A model generated the notes under the pieces. That model was not told where the DNA came from and searched no databases. It saw only the letters and a list, made by a program, of their open reading frames with translations. Shown piece after piece: positions 25,100 to 38,764 of a stretch of DNA of 64,000 nucleotides. The translations under genes were made by a program, and so were the position numbers. Positions within the stretch are counted from its first letter, which is position 1. The number at the start of each line of letters is the position of its first letter. The stretch comes from Eledone cirrhosa (Eukaryota), in NCBI GenBank assembly GCA_964016885.1, contig OZ024744.1, forward strand, positions 40,734,001 to 40,798,000, in the 5' to 3' direction.

Positions 25100-26150
25100 T
25101 ACCATCATTATTATCATTATTATTATTATAAAGAAACTGTTATTATTGTTGTTGTATTTCTTTGACAGTTCCATGCAAGCTTCTATTGTTGACTGTATCA
25201 CCAGGGGCATATGCGTGTTCCTGAGGTGTGTGCAGCATTGATTGTATTTTTTTTCCATACCATTGTTTTGTGGAGGCAATATAGACTGATCTTGTTAATG
25301 TAATGCATCAGTTTTGTTTTGTCATGCAGTTTAGTTTACTATTTCTAGTGTCATTTTAGTACTTATTCTGCATGTTTATGTTCATATCTTTTTTAATCAA
25401 AGCTGGTGCTTCAGTTATTATTAGCATTGTTTTTTTTACATTCATGCCTCATATCCTGTTTATTTCAATTTTGAGTTCCTTGTGATTTGTGTTTTTGTGA
25501 TTTTCAACAATTGTTTTGGCCATAAGGGCTTATGATATCTATCAATTTGCATAGGTTTTTTTTTTCTAGTCCTTGATTATCATATCTGTCAAATTTGCCT
25601 TATTAGTTTGGATGGGCATATCCTAAATGATTGTGACCAGGTCATTGTCATATATCATGTTTGGTACATGTTTATATCATGTTTTCACACCAAAGAGTTG
25701 AAGAGTTGACATATTGGCTAGTTGATATATTTCTTATATATTTAGACTTGGCAAAAAAATGGTGTGGTCAACCATCATGTTTTATTGGTTGGGTAGTCTA
25801 CATTTGGTGTTAGGAACTGCTTTCATTACTTCATTTTTGCAAATGCAGACCTGTCAACTCTCCCCGTTGGATGGGCAGATCTCCCACCTACTTTGGGGTG
25901 GGTGAGAGATGTCGTCTCTTGTGAAAATGGCTATAGCTTTCATTATATAAAATCTCCCCATTTTGCCTCATTTCTCCTCATTTTGGGGCATGTTTTTTCA
26001 TGGTACACCCCGTTTGGATTTTTAAAGTTTGACAGGTCTGTGATTGTTTGTGGACAAACATTGGAATTGTGTACAGCTAAAGTCAGACCATCTCTTTTTG
26101 CTTTTAGTCCAAAGTCTTTGAACCATTATTGTCTCTCACTTTAGTCTTTC
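25100..26150 (-). mobile_element. Highly degraded LINE RT remnant (clade undetermined)
   Basis: Minus IYDNDLVTI (YADD-like) at about 25640 and GMNVKKT; related sequence at about 27077-27620. Confidence 0.35.
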
Positions 26151-26408
26151 ATTTTTAAACATTTTCAGTTATTTTATCTGCATATAAACATGTTACTTCA
26201 CTGCACTTAGTTACTAGTTTGCACATTATTGTTTCCTTATATATAGACAAAAGTTTATATATATATTTATAGTAATAATAAATGTGAAGACTAAAATCCG
26301 AAGAGGGCTCGATAAGGATTATATATATATTATTTCAGAAGATCTTGTTAAGGGTGAAAGCAGTGATTCTTTGCTTAAACTTTAATCTGTTCTTATAATG
26401 AATAAATA

Positions 26409-26448
<40 letters not shown>

Positions 26449-26488
26449 CAAATAGTTTATCGCTCTACATGGCTGAATACAATAAATG

Positions 26489-26825
26489 TAATCTGAGTTT
26501 TTTGAATATTAATAATAATATTCGATTCATTTACAATTATGCAAACAGCCACTTTAAAGCCATGTCAGTAGAATGATCCCGTCATTCTTGCTCTTGTGTT
26601 GGCATGTAAACACTAATGTTTCTGGGTGATTACCCTTCATCAGTACAGTATAGTGCTTACCTGCCAACTGTCAGAACCAGAAACATTAGTGTCTGCAATT
26701 CTGTTTACATGCCAATACAGGAGCAAGAATGACAGAGTCATTCTACTGACATGGCTTTAAAGTGGCTGTTTGCATAATTGGAAATGAATCAAATATTATT
26801 ATTAATATTTGAAAAACTCAGATTA
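26489..26825. repeat. Inverted repeat (about 140-bp arms) enclosing a hammerhead
   Basis: 26489-26625 vs 26677-26825 reverse-complementary. Confidence 0.9.
26605..26647 (-). ncRNA. Type I hammerhead ribozyme
   Basis: Minus: TGTA-CTGATGA-aGGGT aatc ACCCa-GAAA-CA ttag TG-TT-TACA; the other arm retains GAAACATTAGTGTC (GUC). Confidence 0.75.
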
Positions 26826-26860
26826 TATTTATATAAGAGAATTTGCTTCGAAATCACCAG

Positions 26861-26953
26861 ACGTATCTGAGGAACTTGCAAATCCAGAGTCAGGTTCGAT
26901 CCACAAACAGATCGCACCTCAAGCTGTTCGTCGGAGAAACAATTGTAATATGT
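26861..26953 (+). ncRNA. Type I hammerhead with extended domain II
   Basis: ACGTAT-CTGAGGA-(62 nt with AGGT.CGATC/GATCG.ACCT hairpin)-GAAA-C AATT G-TA-ATATGT. Confidence 0.55.
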
Positions 26954-28012
26954 AATAAGTTGTGTTCCGATGCATCACTGATTCTTCGTTTTCCATTTTA
27001 TATATATATGTTTGTTTATTTCATTTATCAATTTATAATTTATTACATTTATCAATTCCCTTTTACTTACTTCCAAGTATTGGTTGCATAGTCTACATTT
27101 GGTGTGAGAACCTACTTTCATGACTTGATTTTTGTAGTTGTTAGGGCACAATTAGAATCATTCCATCTGTTTCTGCTTTTAGCCCAGTTATTTTAAATCA
27201 TTATTATTGACTCTCTGGTTTACTTTCTCTCTGTCGAGTCATATGGGATATTGGTTGGGGAATGAGTTTTCTCTCCTAGTATATTTTGTAATTTTGATTT
27301 GATATTTATTTTCTTCTTCTATAACGATTTCTGTTATATTTGGCTTATCTTAATCCGTTATTTCAGTGTTGTTGTGTTCTAATGTGTATTTCATCCTTCC
27401 CTTGTATACAGAGAAAGATTTTTTTGTGAATGTGCATGTTTTTGTTCTCTTTTGTGTGTGTTTCAGTATTAAACTTATCAACTATTATTATTTTATAGTA
27501 GTTTTTATATTTGTATCTTGTGAACTGAGTAGATATATTCTATCTATATTTGCTTTAGGGCAGGGACTTCGGCATGCCATCAGAGATTTCCTGTTTTCTC
27601 TGTCTCAATTTTCCAGCTTATTGTATTAAAGCTGTAATTTATAATTGGAATAGCAGTGACTTTGGTTTTTAACATCAGTCTAGTTTTTCTGTTGTATTAT
27701 TTCTTAATTCTCTCCTTAATTTCTATATGTTGTATTTTAGCTATCTCTTATATTCCTAGGTATAGTATAGGGAATTTTGAAGGCATATTGGATAGTGTGT
27801 TGGCTTCACAACTATAAGGTCATGAGTACTTGAGCAAAATATTTTATTTCACATTGCTCCTTCTGACTGTAGTTGTGACTGACATATAATAGCAGCAACA
27901 GAAAGGCTAATGGGAACGATATTTCCTTGGCCCAATTTCTTTTCCTTTATTTGTTATCTAATTATTTAATTTTGGTGTCTATGTCTAATCATATAGTCAT
28001 TCTTATGATTTT

Positions 28013-28220
28013 TGGCAGTATTGGTAGAGCGTCGCACTCCATGCTTCGCGGCATAGTTATGTCACTTACGTTCTGAGTTCAAATCCTGCTGAGTTTAACA
28101 TTGCCTTTCATCCTTAAACGGTCCATAAAATAAAGTACCAGTAACACACTGGGGTCAATTTAGTCGACTTTCCCCTCGCCCAAAATTGTTGGCCTCATGC
28201 CTAAAGCAGAAACCATTCTT
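28013..28220 (+). mobile_element. SINE family B
   Basis: Same head and central TTGCCTTTCATCC..ATAAAATAAAGTACCAG. Confidence 0.75.
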
Positions 28221-28399
28221 ATGTCTTGGCTGTATGTGTGGATGATCTTAGCAGTGGAGACTTCTAGTGTTCTTGGTCCCTGAACTGCCTCCCTACTCAC
28301 TACTATTTGGATGGAGTTGGTTACTTGCATGAGTGAGCCCTATAAGGTGGATTGTCTATGTCAATGCTTTTCCTTTGCTATTATTTGGAGGATTGGTAA

Positions 28400-28593
28400 G
28401 GGCGGTGGATTGGCAGTATCGGTAGAGGGTCGGACGCCATGCTTTGCAGCAAAGAGTTATGGCCCTTTGTCGTCTGAGTTCATATCCCGCCGAGGTTAAC
28501 TTTGCCTTTCATCCTTACGGAGTTGATAAAATAAAGTACCAGTAATACACTGGGATAATTGCAGGCCTTGTGCCAAAAGTAGAAACAATTATT
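28400..28593 (+). mobile_element. SINE family B
   Basis: Full copy GGCGGTGGATTGGCAGTATCGGTAGAG...GTAGAAACAATTATT. Confidence 0.85.
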
Positions 28594-28599
28594 TGGGAT

Positions 28600-29340
28600 A
28601 ATGCTTTCACTATTCTGTTCACTGGGACAATGAATGCGTATGTATCTGTGGTTCTACACATTAGAGGGCATTCCCTAACATTATCCTGGCAGATATCATT
28701 GTGTTAGTGATGATGATGATCTGTATATTATTCTTAGTCCATACATTTCCTCAATATATTTAACTATATAATTATCTTAAATCCTTCACCAATAACAAAA
28801 TCTTTCTTTTCACACACCCAAAGAATTAATTGATTTCCCATAATATGTGCATCATAGATAATGTTCAGGTTTGATATACTTTGTAAATATTTTTAGGTTA
28901 TTCATATAGGGGAGTTCAGTTATAGTTCATCCATAGCATTTGCACCCCATGGTGGTTTCATTTAGCAGGGTTGTCAGTGGACTCAAACCAAATCAAAAAG
29001 TAGAGATGGATAATGAGTCTCCTTTGGAAAATTACCCTTTTTGTGAGTACAGGGCTGGTTTTAGTAGTCTGTTTTTCAGTTTTCCTATATACAGGATGTC
29101 CCCCCAAAATATATAAACACTTTGATTACTTGTACAAGTAATATTTATCAGAATGTTGTTGAAGTGTGTAAACATTTTTTTTTGGAACACCATGTATATA
29201 TGGCAGTTTTCCATTTTGTCATTGCTTAGCTTATATATTTCAGTAGTGTTTGGAACTACTTTGTTCATGTGAAGTGACATAAGTGTGGAATGTTGTAGAA
29301 TATCTTTTGGTAGTCAACCAAGGCATGCCAAGGTTTTTTG
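28600..29340 (-). mobile_element. Degraded RT remnant, possibly Penelope-like
   Basis: Minus ETTMGCKCY..ELPYMNN resembles the PLE G.xMGS..A.LYM motif; many stops. Confidence 0.3.
29090..29196. mobile_element. Tc1/mariner-type mini-MITE
   Basis: TA-CAGGATGTCCCCCCAAAA ... TTTTTGGAACACCATG-TA. Confidence 0.6.
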
Positions 29341-29413
29341 TTTTCAATTAGTATTAGGCTTTTAAAGCTATATATTCATTTTTATCACTGATTCTGCTAT
29401 TTTGGTGTTGTTT

Positions 29414-29540
29414 TATTGTTGTTGTTGTTGATGGTGGTTGTGGTGGTGCTGGTGGTGGTGGTGGTGGTGGTGGTGGTGGTTGCTGACAGTGGCGGTGACG
29501 CAGCAATGGTAATGGCAGCAGCAGCCGAAGCAGCAGTAGC

Positions 29541-29584
<44 letters not shown>

Positions 29585-29590
29585 CAGCCA

Positions 29591-29662
<72 letters not shown>

Positions 29663-29700
29663 CAGCAATAGCAGCAGCAGCAGTAGTAGTAGTGATGGTG
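29414..29700. repeat. Compound (GTT)(GGT)(GCA)(GTA)n microsatellite
   Basis: Trinucleotide arrays. Confidence 0.95.
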
Positions 29701-29954
29701 TTTGACTTTGTGTTTGACCAACTTCCCTGTTAAGGAACTTGGGGTCTGAGTAGGGCAAGACATCAAGATGGACAGGAAGTGGAACAAATATATGAGCAGA
29801 GTAATTTGATGAAAACAGTGTTATTGTCCTCAACATTGGCAAAGTCTTTAACCATATCTGTCACATGTAACCTCCGGTGGCAAACTGGCCACTTATTGGC
29901 TCAATTCATATTTCATCTTGGGTCAGTAACTTCTTGTCAGACCACTCATATAAT

Positions 29955-30137
29955 TGTTTCTACGGTTGACACAAGGCCAACAATTACCCCAGTGAATTAC
30001 TGGTACTTTATTTTATTGACTCTGTAAGGATGAAAGGCAAAGTTAACCACAGCAAAATTTGAACTCGGACCGTAAAGGGCCATAACTCTATGCTGCAAAG
30101 CATGGCATCCAACCCGCTATCGATACTGCCAATCCAA
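29955..30137 (-). mobile_element. SINE family B
   Basis: Reverse complement of the family B sequence (GGATGAAAGGCAAAGTTAACC..GAACTC..CGATACTGCCAATCCA). Confidence 0.8.
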
Positions 30138-30547
30138 TGACATGAAATGTAAGCATATATTTAAGCTATGGAGCCTGCTGAGAACATTTATTACACATTC
30201 AGTGTCCAAGTATTGTTGACATATGGAGATGTTTTGAAACAGCTGTTAAAACATGTGAAACATATAACTATATTGGAAATAACACCCTACTGCCCTCCAG
30301 ACGAATCCTTATTGAAGGCACGTGACTTAGTGGTTAAAGTGTTTGGCTCACTATCGTAAGGTCGAGAGTTGGTTTCTCAGTGGTGTGTGGTGTCCCTGAG
30401 TAAGATATTTTATTTTACATTGCTTCAGTCCATTCAACTAGCAAAATTATCGTTATTGTATATATATTAGCAATAGCACTAACACATCATGATTCATAAC
30501 AGCATTGTATATGGTTCCATATACAGATTTATTAAAGACACACACAC

Positions 30548-30830
30548 ATGACAAAAATCACCCAGCCCACACAGTAAAGTGGTCATGTAGAAGTGGCAAC
30601 AAAAAGAACCCAGTCCACACTGTGAAGTGGCCATGTAGGAATCGTGACAAAAAGCATCCAGCGCACATTGTAAATGTGATTGGCATTAGGAAGGGTTTGT
30701 AGCTGAAGAAATCTAGCCAATAACAGTTTTGTATGAGCAGGACACAATCACATAATCGAACTTGCCTCAAATGGGACAACCCATCTAACCCATGCTAATA
30801 TGGAAAGTGGTGTTAAACGATGATGATGAT
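30548..30830 (+). mobile_element. RTE 3' UTR fragment
   Basis: 48-bp repeat units, TTAGGAAGGG and (ATG)n tail. Confidence 0.7.
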
Positions 30831-31044
30831 ATATATATATATATATATAATAGTAGAACACTGGAGGGTCACATCTGTAGTAGTAGTAGAGCACTCAGTC
30901 CATGGGATGAGTTTGGTAGTAGTGGTTCCACAACAGTTAGTTCACCATACCAAGAACAAATGTTTCACCTTATGTGGATCATCAGCTCGGTCTGATTTCA
31001 TGTTGATAACACTCTCACACAGATATGTACTTATATCATCATTC

Positions 31045-31381
31045 CATCATCATTCCATTGTATGTCCGCTTTTCCCTGCTTGCACGGGTGGGACGGGAAC
31101 TGATTCTGGCTTGATTTCTACAGCTGGATGCCCTTTCTAGCACCAACCTCATTTACAGTGAGTGCTGGGTGCTTTTTTGCCGTGGCACCTCCACGGCCAC
31201 TTTGCAGTGGAATGATATGGATCCCAGTCCCTATCATCTCATTTCTACAGCTGAGTAAACTGGAGCAATGTGAAATAAAGTGTCTTGCTCAAGGAAACAA
31301 CACATCACCCAGTCTGAGAATTGAACTCACAACCTTTCGATTGCAAGGCCAATGCTCTAACCACTAAGCCATGTGCTTCCA
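31045..31381 (-). mobile_element. SINE family A
   Basis: Reverse complement of 383-728. Confidence 0.9.
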
Positions 31382-32444
31382 TATATATAAGTACATATGT
31401 GTGTGAGAGTGGCCGGTTATCAGAATGAAATCAAAATTTTTGCATTAATCCTTGTGTGGTTTATTTTGCTGTATAACAGTTACTTCCCTGCCATCCAATC
31501 AACTTTGCCATTTGTTCTCCCAGGATATAATCAACATAATCACCAGCTGAACCTGCTGAGTCAGCATGGCCACAGTAGATAGAAACTAATACAAGAAAAT
31601 AAGTATTCCAGTTGTATGAGAACAGCCTGCTGAAGAAATTAATGTGTATGTGACTGAGCATTCTCCTGACACAGATACGATTAATCTAGTTCTCAGGTAG
31701 ATCCAGCATCACACATTATGTGACAAGGCTGGCTGGTTGAAATTGAAAGTAGAACCCATTTTTTTTTGTTTTCAGTTGACTGAGCTGGAGAGGAGTGAAA
31801 TAAAATGTGTTGCTCAAAGTCCACAAAGCATTGCCAGGAATCAAACTAATAGACCTTACAGGTGTCAGCTGAGCACCCTATCCACTAAGCTATATGCCTT
31901 CACATGTAAACATGTACTAACACATGTATCTAGATGTTGTATCAACATATAATTACATTTTCTGCATTTTGTAGATCTGATTTCACTCTTTTTAAAATAG
32001 TACACACACAAAACAAGCAGATACATGTGTGTGCTTGTATGTGTTTGTGTATGTCTTTGTGTGTGATTGTGTACATGCATATATATGTGTGTGTATGCAT
32101 GCATGTGTGTCTTTGTGAGTATGTGTGTCAGTGTATTTGTATGTGTGGTTTGTGCGTGTGTTTGTGTGTGTATGTGTGTATGAATATTTTTGTGTGTGTA
32201 TGAGTATTTGTGTGTGTATGTGTTCCATTGTGGGTGGGTGTGTGTCTTTGAGATTGTGTGTATGTCTTGGTGATTCTGTGTGCATTGTGAGTGCGTGTAG
32301 TGTGCTCTATGGTAATTACAAAAGAAATTCTGCCGTCCCAACGTCAGAATGGCTTACTATCAAACAATACATTGTTACCAATATCTGTGTCCAGCTCCAT
32401 CACAAGTCAACTCAAATTAACGCCTACATATTATATAGGAAATG

Positions 32445-32447
<3 letters not shown>

Positions 32448-32514
<67 letters not shown>

Positions 32515-32660
32515 ATATGGCTTTCTCTCTCTCTCTCTCTCTGTTCCTCTATGTATCTTTATATCTACCAGCTTGCTTGTTTGCCTGCCTGCCTACCTAC
32601 CTACCTACCTACCTACCTATCTATCTATCTATCTATCTACCTATCTATCTGTCTATCTTT
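32448..32660. repeat. (CT)n and (CTAC/CTAT)n microsatellites
   Basis: Tandem arrays. Confidence 0.9.
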
Positions 32661-33120
32661 GAGACAAGCTCTACAGATACGGGCACCCGGGTAGGGACCC
32701 TTCGAAAAAGATCTGTCCGAGATGCGTGCGCGACGAGGAAACTGTCGCGCACACATTTGTACACTGCCCGGGCGTTACCGACCTGTGGAGCTATGTAGAA
32801 CGACTATTGTTGCAGGTGGAACCAATCCAGTTGACCACCGAGTCCACTGTCATGATCAAACCGCCACCCTCCTTCAAAAACGAGGAAAAAGAGGAAGAGA
32901 GGAAGGGAGTACTCACTCTTGGTGCTCCTGGAGATGAGGGATGTACATTTTTTCGGGGTGTGTACAACCCCTGTGTAACACCTCCCCCTATTGGGGATGT
33001 TATTTGTTATTTTATTAATAGTTTTATTTTCATATGCCTGTATGTAAACTCCCCATTTGTATTTGTCCCCTTCTTTTGTGCCCTTGTGGCTAATAAAGAC
33101 ATTTATCTATCTATCTATCT
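32661..33120 (+). mobile_element. Tx1-like LINE 3' fragment
   Basis: CPRC...ETVAHTFVHCPGVTDLW zinc finger, AATAAA and (TATC)n end; homologous to 37555-38160. Confidence 0.75.
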
Positions 33121-33409
33121 TTAGGGATAGACGTGTGATGGCTCGATGGTGAGTTTCTGTTTAATTTTCTATGAGAAAATCTGATATTTGTAAAATTTTA
33201 TTTTACATTGTTTTAAAGTTAAACCAGCCACCTGAAACTTCAGAGGGCTGGTTTCTCTCGGTTTCAAGCCCTTAGGAGCGAAAATTTGCTCTGAAATTTC
33301 GGAAAATTGAAAAAGTATTATCTGTAAAATTTAAGTATGTCGGAAGGAACGCTACAGTGTCAGAAACTAGAGAAGTCTGCTGGACAAGAGAATATGAAAG
33401 AAGACGTTA

Positions 33410-33592
33410 GGTGGATTGGCAGTATCGGTAGAGAGTCAGACACCATGCTTTCCAGCATAGTTACGTCCCTTTACGATCTGAGTTCAAATCCCGCCGAGGT
33501 TGACTTTGCCTTTCATCCTTACGGGGTCGATAAAATAAAGTACCAGTAATGCACTGGGTAATTGCTGGCCTTGTGCCTAAAGTAGAAACAGT
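33410..33592 (+). mobile_element. SINE family B
   Basis: Full-length match to 28400-28593. Confidence 0.85.
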
Positions 33593-36500
33593 TATGTCTT
33601 CTACTGCTACTATGTCGGCTGTCACCATGTCAATAGTGTCAACAGGCAGAAGCATGAAAACTTTTCGTAATGAAGATATTACGAAAATTAACAACAGCAA
33701 GACAAATGCCTCAAACAAAAACAACAACAACATAAATACAAACCAAGTGAAAAACAACAACAATGAAAAAAAACAAAATGACAAATATATAAAAACACCA
33801 ACAACAGCAGATGTGAAAATAAAAAATAAAATACATACGAGAAAAACATTTGCAGCGGCAGTTGCCAAGGAGACGGAATTCATAGACATAGACATATCAA
33901 ATAAAGTGCAGTACCTGAAGGACTCTGCGCAATATATAACTATCGAGGGGAATGGATTTCCACCAGAAATTAGGGCCGCAACCCTAAAGAAAACAATTTT
34001 CTATAGAACTGTGTCTATAGAATCAAGAAAACCTGCTTCTTTGCCTCAGAATACAGTAGAAAGTGTGTTGAGAGAGGCAATGCCAGATATTGCCTACCTT
34101 CAAAGGGCCAAGCAGTATGGGAGCATCTCGGTGCTCTTCAAAATTGAGGCCTTCGCTCATAAAGTATTCGGTGACTCCAATTAAAATGAGTCAATACATC
34201 TTTTTCCCTACATACATGGGAAGAAGCAGACACAAAATAAGGGCCTCCCAGATCCCACCGAACACAAACACATGGTGGATCCTGGGTGGTTTTTTGGAGG
34301 AGGGTGAAGACACCCTTCCCTTTGTAAAGAAACCAACCAGGTATAACTGGAATAAGACCTTGGTGGAACTCCTGGTCCAAATGAAACCAGAAAGAGTTTC
34401 AAAGATACCCGAAAGGGTATTTGTTGATAACAGCCACATTATCAACATCACAATGGAGGGCTGAAAACCACAGTGTTTTCGATGTGGAAAGGAAACCCAT
34501 ATAAAAGCATTCTGCCCAATGCTAAATACACAAACACAAGGTGTTGCTACCAACATCCCACCCTAACAGCAACACCCGAAAACAAAGAATACAACTCCAA
34601 AAGATAGAACAAAACCATCAACATCTACACCACCATCACAAACCAAAAATTATCCCATCCACCTCTGTCTAACCCTCTCTCAAACACACACACAAACACT
34701 CCACCACCACACAACATACCCCTCCCACATACCCCTGATGATAAGACCTCAGACGCAGCAACCGCCTCATCTCCAAGCAAAAAATGAGGCATCGCAAAAA
34801 CACAAAAGTACCAATCACCAAAACAAACACACAGCCTCCTCCACAAATGACAACTACACCAATAACACAGACACCAGCAGACCCAAAACCTCCTACCAGC
34901 AAAACAAACACCAACACCACTACAAACGACAACCACACCAACAACACAGACACGACCCCCACCCCACCCCCACCAGCAAAACAAACACCAACACCACTAC
35001 AAACGGCAACCACACCAACAACACAGACACCCCTCACCCCCACCAGCAAAACAAACACCAACACCACCACAAGCAGAAATGCCCACCGCCAAAAGAAAAT
35101 TAGAGAACAAACAACAAACAGAAACATCACAGCAAAAAATCAAACCAAACTACACATACATTAACACTAGAAATAAAGACCTAATGGAGGCCATCACAAA
35201 AGACCGAAGGAAAAACCTTCACCAGCACAAACACAGCACCACACCTAAAACTGATAGGAGTTCCAACACAAATTTACAGTTTTCTTAAAGAAAACTTCCC
35301 CATGGTGTTGGATCCCTGTGCCAACAACGCTTCCACTATGTACTCCTGAAATGTTTCCCCACACCACCAAATATCCCCACCACCACCAGCATGGAGATCG
35401 AACCCCCCCCCCCCTCCAGGAAACTAAGAGGTAAGTATTTCTGCCTTTTCCTCTCCCTAACTCTTCTTCACCGACATGGTGACTGTATGAGTTGGATGTT
35501 AGAATGTGCGTGGCCTGGGGATGTCCTGAAAACAGGGCCAACTTCTAAAAGACCTCAGGTCACACTGTATAGATGTGATAGCTGTCAGCAAATTCAGGAT
35601 TCACGACTAGCAGCAGTTAACACCCATGTTCGATGACTTTGAGATCTACGCATCTCTCTGTCAGCCAGGAGGGGGAGGGGGAGTTACTGTTTTTTGGGGG
35701 TTCTTTTCGAAAAAAACCTGCATCTCGAAGTACAGACAATCTACTTGGATCCGGAGGGCAAGTTGGTGGTCCTAGACGTGAATGGTACTGAAGGTGGAGC
35801 TTTCAGACTGGTGGCCATATATGCCCCGACTGGGACATTGCAGCCGGAGTTCTGTAAGCGTCTGGAGTATTTCCTGGGAACATCTTGCACTTTACAGTTA
35901 GCCGGGGACTGGAATGGTATCTTGGACGCACGTTGGCACTATGTAGGAGCATGCAATAGTAGAGAGGGGTGTAACAGCCTCAGAAATCTCATCAGCCAAT
36001 TCCAACTGGCTGATAGATATCGACTATATTTCCCAAGTGCACCACTGTGGACTTGGAACAACCGCACTGGGTCTTCTAGATCGTATTTAGATAGATTTCT
36101 AATTAGACAAAACGTCAAACATGCTAATGTGGAAGATAGACGTTAAGCGATGATGATGATGATGATAGGGGAACATTAAGCTGTCCACAAATGTACATGG
36201 TTGCCTATTCAGACCACAAATTAGCGACCTGCATAGACAACCTTGAGAGAACACATAGACAGTAACCCAGATACTGGAATCTAAACATGTCATTACCAAT
36301 GCATAAAGTTTACAGTAAACGGATTAGCAGTTTAGTTAAATGCCAGTTGACGGGGGCTATCGTCAACAACAGGTAGTGGTGCTCTCTCAAGAGAGCAATT
36401 AGAGTAGAATCAATAGCCTTTAGCAAGGAAGTAGAGCTTTAGAAAAGAATAAGGCAGAGAAGGAATTGGTAGCTAAAGTAGAAGAGGCACTTCAATGTGA

Positions 36501-38160
36501 AACACGAAGGGTGTATTGGCAGATTTAGAACATGTGCTCTGAGAAGCAAAGGAACAAAAGCTGTTAGTTGAGATCAAGACAGATTCATGGTACTTGAATC
36601 CAAGCAGATGTGCAAGACTTTCCAGCAGCACTTTGTACAACTGTTTGGGCAAAGCGGTGTGTAGAGTGGGGTGAAGGACTTCAGTTCCTGCCTCAAAAGC
36701 CTACCACGACTCTCAAACACAGATGCAGAGAGCTGCAAAAGGCCAATCACAGCGGGCGAAATAGAAGACGCACTAGGCCACTGTGTGAAACGCAAACCAA
36801 CCAGTTTAGATGGTATACCATATGAGTTTTACGTAGGCATGCCAGAGTGTTCTTTTATGTCCTCGAAGCAGCCTACCACAACTAGCAGCAGAATGGGAGA
36901 ATTCCCAGTTCTATAAGCAGAGGCATAGTAATGCTGATCAGGAAAGATGAGAACAAAGGAGATAACATAAGCAATTTCACCCCCAAAACTCTGCTCAACA
37001 CAGAGTTGAAGATTTTAGCAATGAGGCTGGCGCTTGTCATCGAGAGCCTGCTAGGGGAAGCACAAACATGTGCAATCCCGACCAAGTCCATACACGACAA
37101 CCTCCTCTTCATGTGATACATCATAAAGCGGGTAGGTTTTAAACCTGGCTTTCGTGGGGCTCTGATCAATTTAGATCAATCTAAGGCATTTGATAGGGTC
37201 GACCATCAATACTTGGAAGTAATTCTTATGGCAGCCAGTTTCGGACCCGTCTTCAGAGGCTGGATCACTGCCATGCACAGCAACATCTGCTTGGCTGTCG
37301 AGGTGAATAGTTACCTATCAAAACTATTCCAAATCATGCGTTTCATCCATCAAGGACTCCGAAAATTGGCGCCTGGTACCTCGAGTGCACTCAGGCACTC
37401 ACAGCCCTCTACCAAGCAGGAAACAGCAATCAGCGGAGACTCCATGTCAACATTCTATAAGGGATTAGTGGAGGATAAGTGTAACAACGCTCTCGGGGAG
37501 ACTCTGGGCATCGAAGATGAACTGGCCAGTCTGTTCAGGAGGACTTTCCGTCAGTTCGAGACAAAATCTACAGGCACAGACACCCTGGCAGGGATCCTGC
37601 CAAAAAGACCTGTCCAAGATGCAAGCAGGGCATTGAAACCATTCTACATGCAATTGTTCAATGTCCAGGGGTGACCAACCTGTGGAATTATGTCAAACAG
37701 CTACTGTCATGTGTAATATGGTGGACGAAGTTGAAAGGATTGAGGGCAAACACCTTCCTCTCTGGACAACAATTCATTCCCTCTTTAAATACCACTTCAG
37801 AAGGAAGGTGAGAGTGGAGGAAAAGGTGTTATACCTCAGTAAATTCGTGAAAGGTGGGTGAATGTGGCAAAAATGCTCAAGCGTATATAAACCTGTTAGT
37901 CAAGGAAGACAAAAGAGGGATGACAGGAGCACCTACAAAATATGCTCCTGGTGTTGATGTGTGTTCTATCTATGGGGTGTAAAACAACCCCATAGTAGCT
38001 CTCCCCCCTGTTAGGGATTTCAATTGTTATTTTATTTTAATATATAGTTTATTTTAATATTTTAATTTATTAATGTTTACACAATTTTTATGTAAAAACC
38101 CCGCCATCATGTCTTGTAATGTCACACTTCTTGTGCGACCTTGTGGCAAATAAAGAAACA
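33593..38160 (+). mobile_element. Near full-length L1/Tx1-like LINE (ORF1, APE, RT, zinc finger), pseudogenised
   Basis: ORF1 with TFAAAV and CFRCGKETHIKAFCP knuckle; APE FRLVAIYAP..AGDWN..WTW..SYLDRFL; RT PTSLDGIPYEFY, LLNTELKILA, LDQSKAFDRVDHQY; CPRC..H..QCP; AATAAA plus (TATC)n. Confidence 0.9.
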
Positions 38161-38764
38161 TATCTATCTATTTCTCTATCCATCTATCTATCTGTCTTTA
38201 TAGTATTCTTTTCATTTACTTTTACTAATTTCTACAATTAGATTGTGGCCATGCTGTGGCTTCACCTTAAAGGGATAGAACTGATAACATCAATTCCAGT
38301 ATTTATTTTTCCAATGTCTGGGGGTTATTTTAACAACCTCTCTTTGTTGGACTGCTATGTCATATGGAATAAGCACAAACACACACATATATATGTATGT
38401 ATATCTATATATCTATATATATATATATATAGATATTTCGTAGGGTCATTCCAAATTTGTATTTTGAAAATTCGGATGCCACAGTATCTTTCTTGATTGC
38501 CTATTATAACATAGTGTAGCAATAATGGACTGAAATTCTGATGAAACAATTGTAAATACGTGGATTAAATTCTTTTGTAATTGTTTACCTTCGTCCTATT
38601 TCTCTTCTTTGATTACACTCCTCGTTTGTTCGTGTTTCCACTACAGAATCCCTACCAACCTGTCGAGTCACCTTAACGTATGTTGAGAACTTTCCTCACA
38701 ACTTGTTCTACCAAGCTTTGGAATACTCCTAATAACTCAATATATATATATATATATATATAAA

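Noticed and set aside
29354-29842. Poly-L/T/Y/V ORFs
   Set aside because: Trinucleotide repeat artefacts
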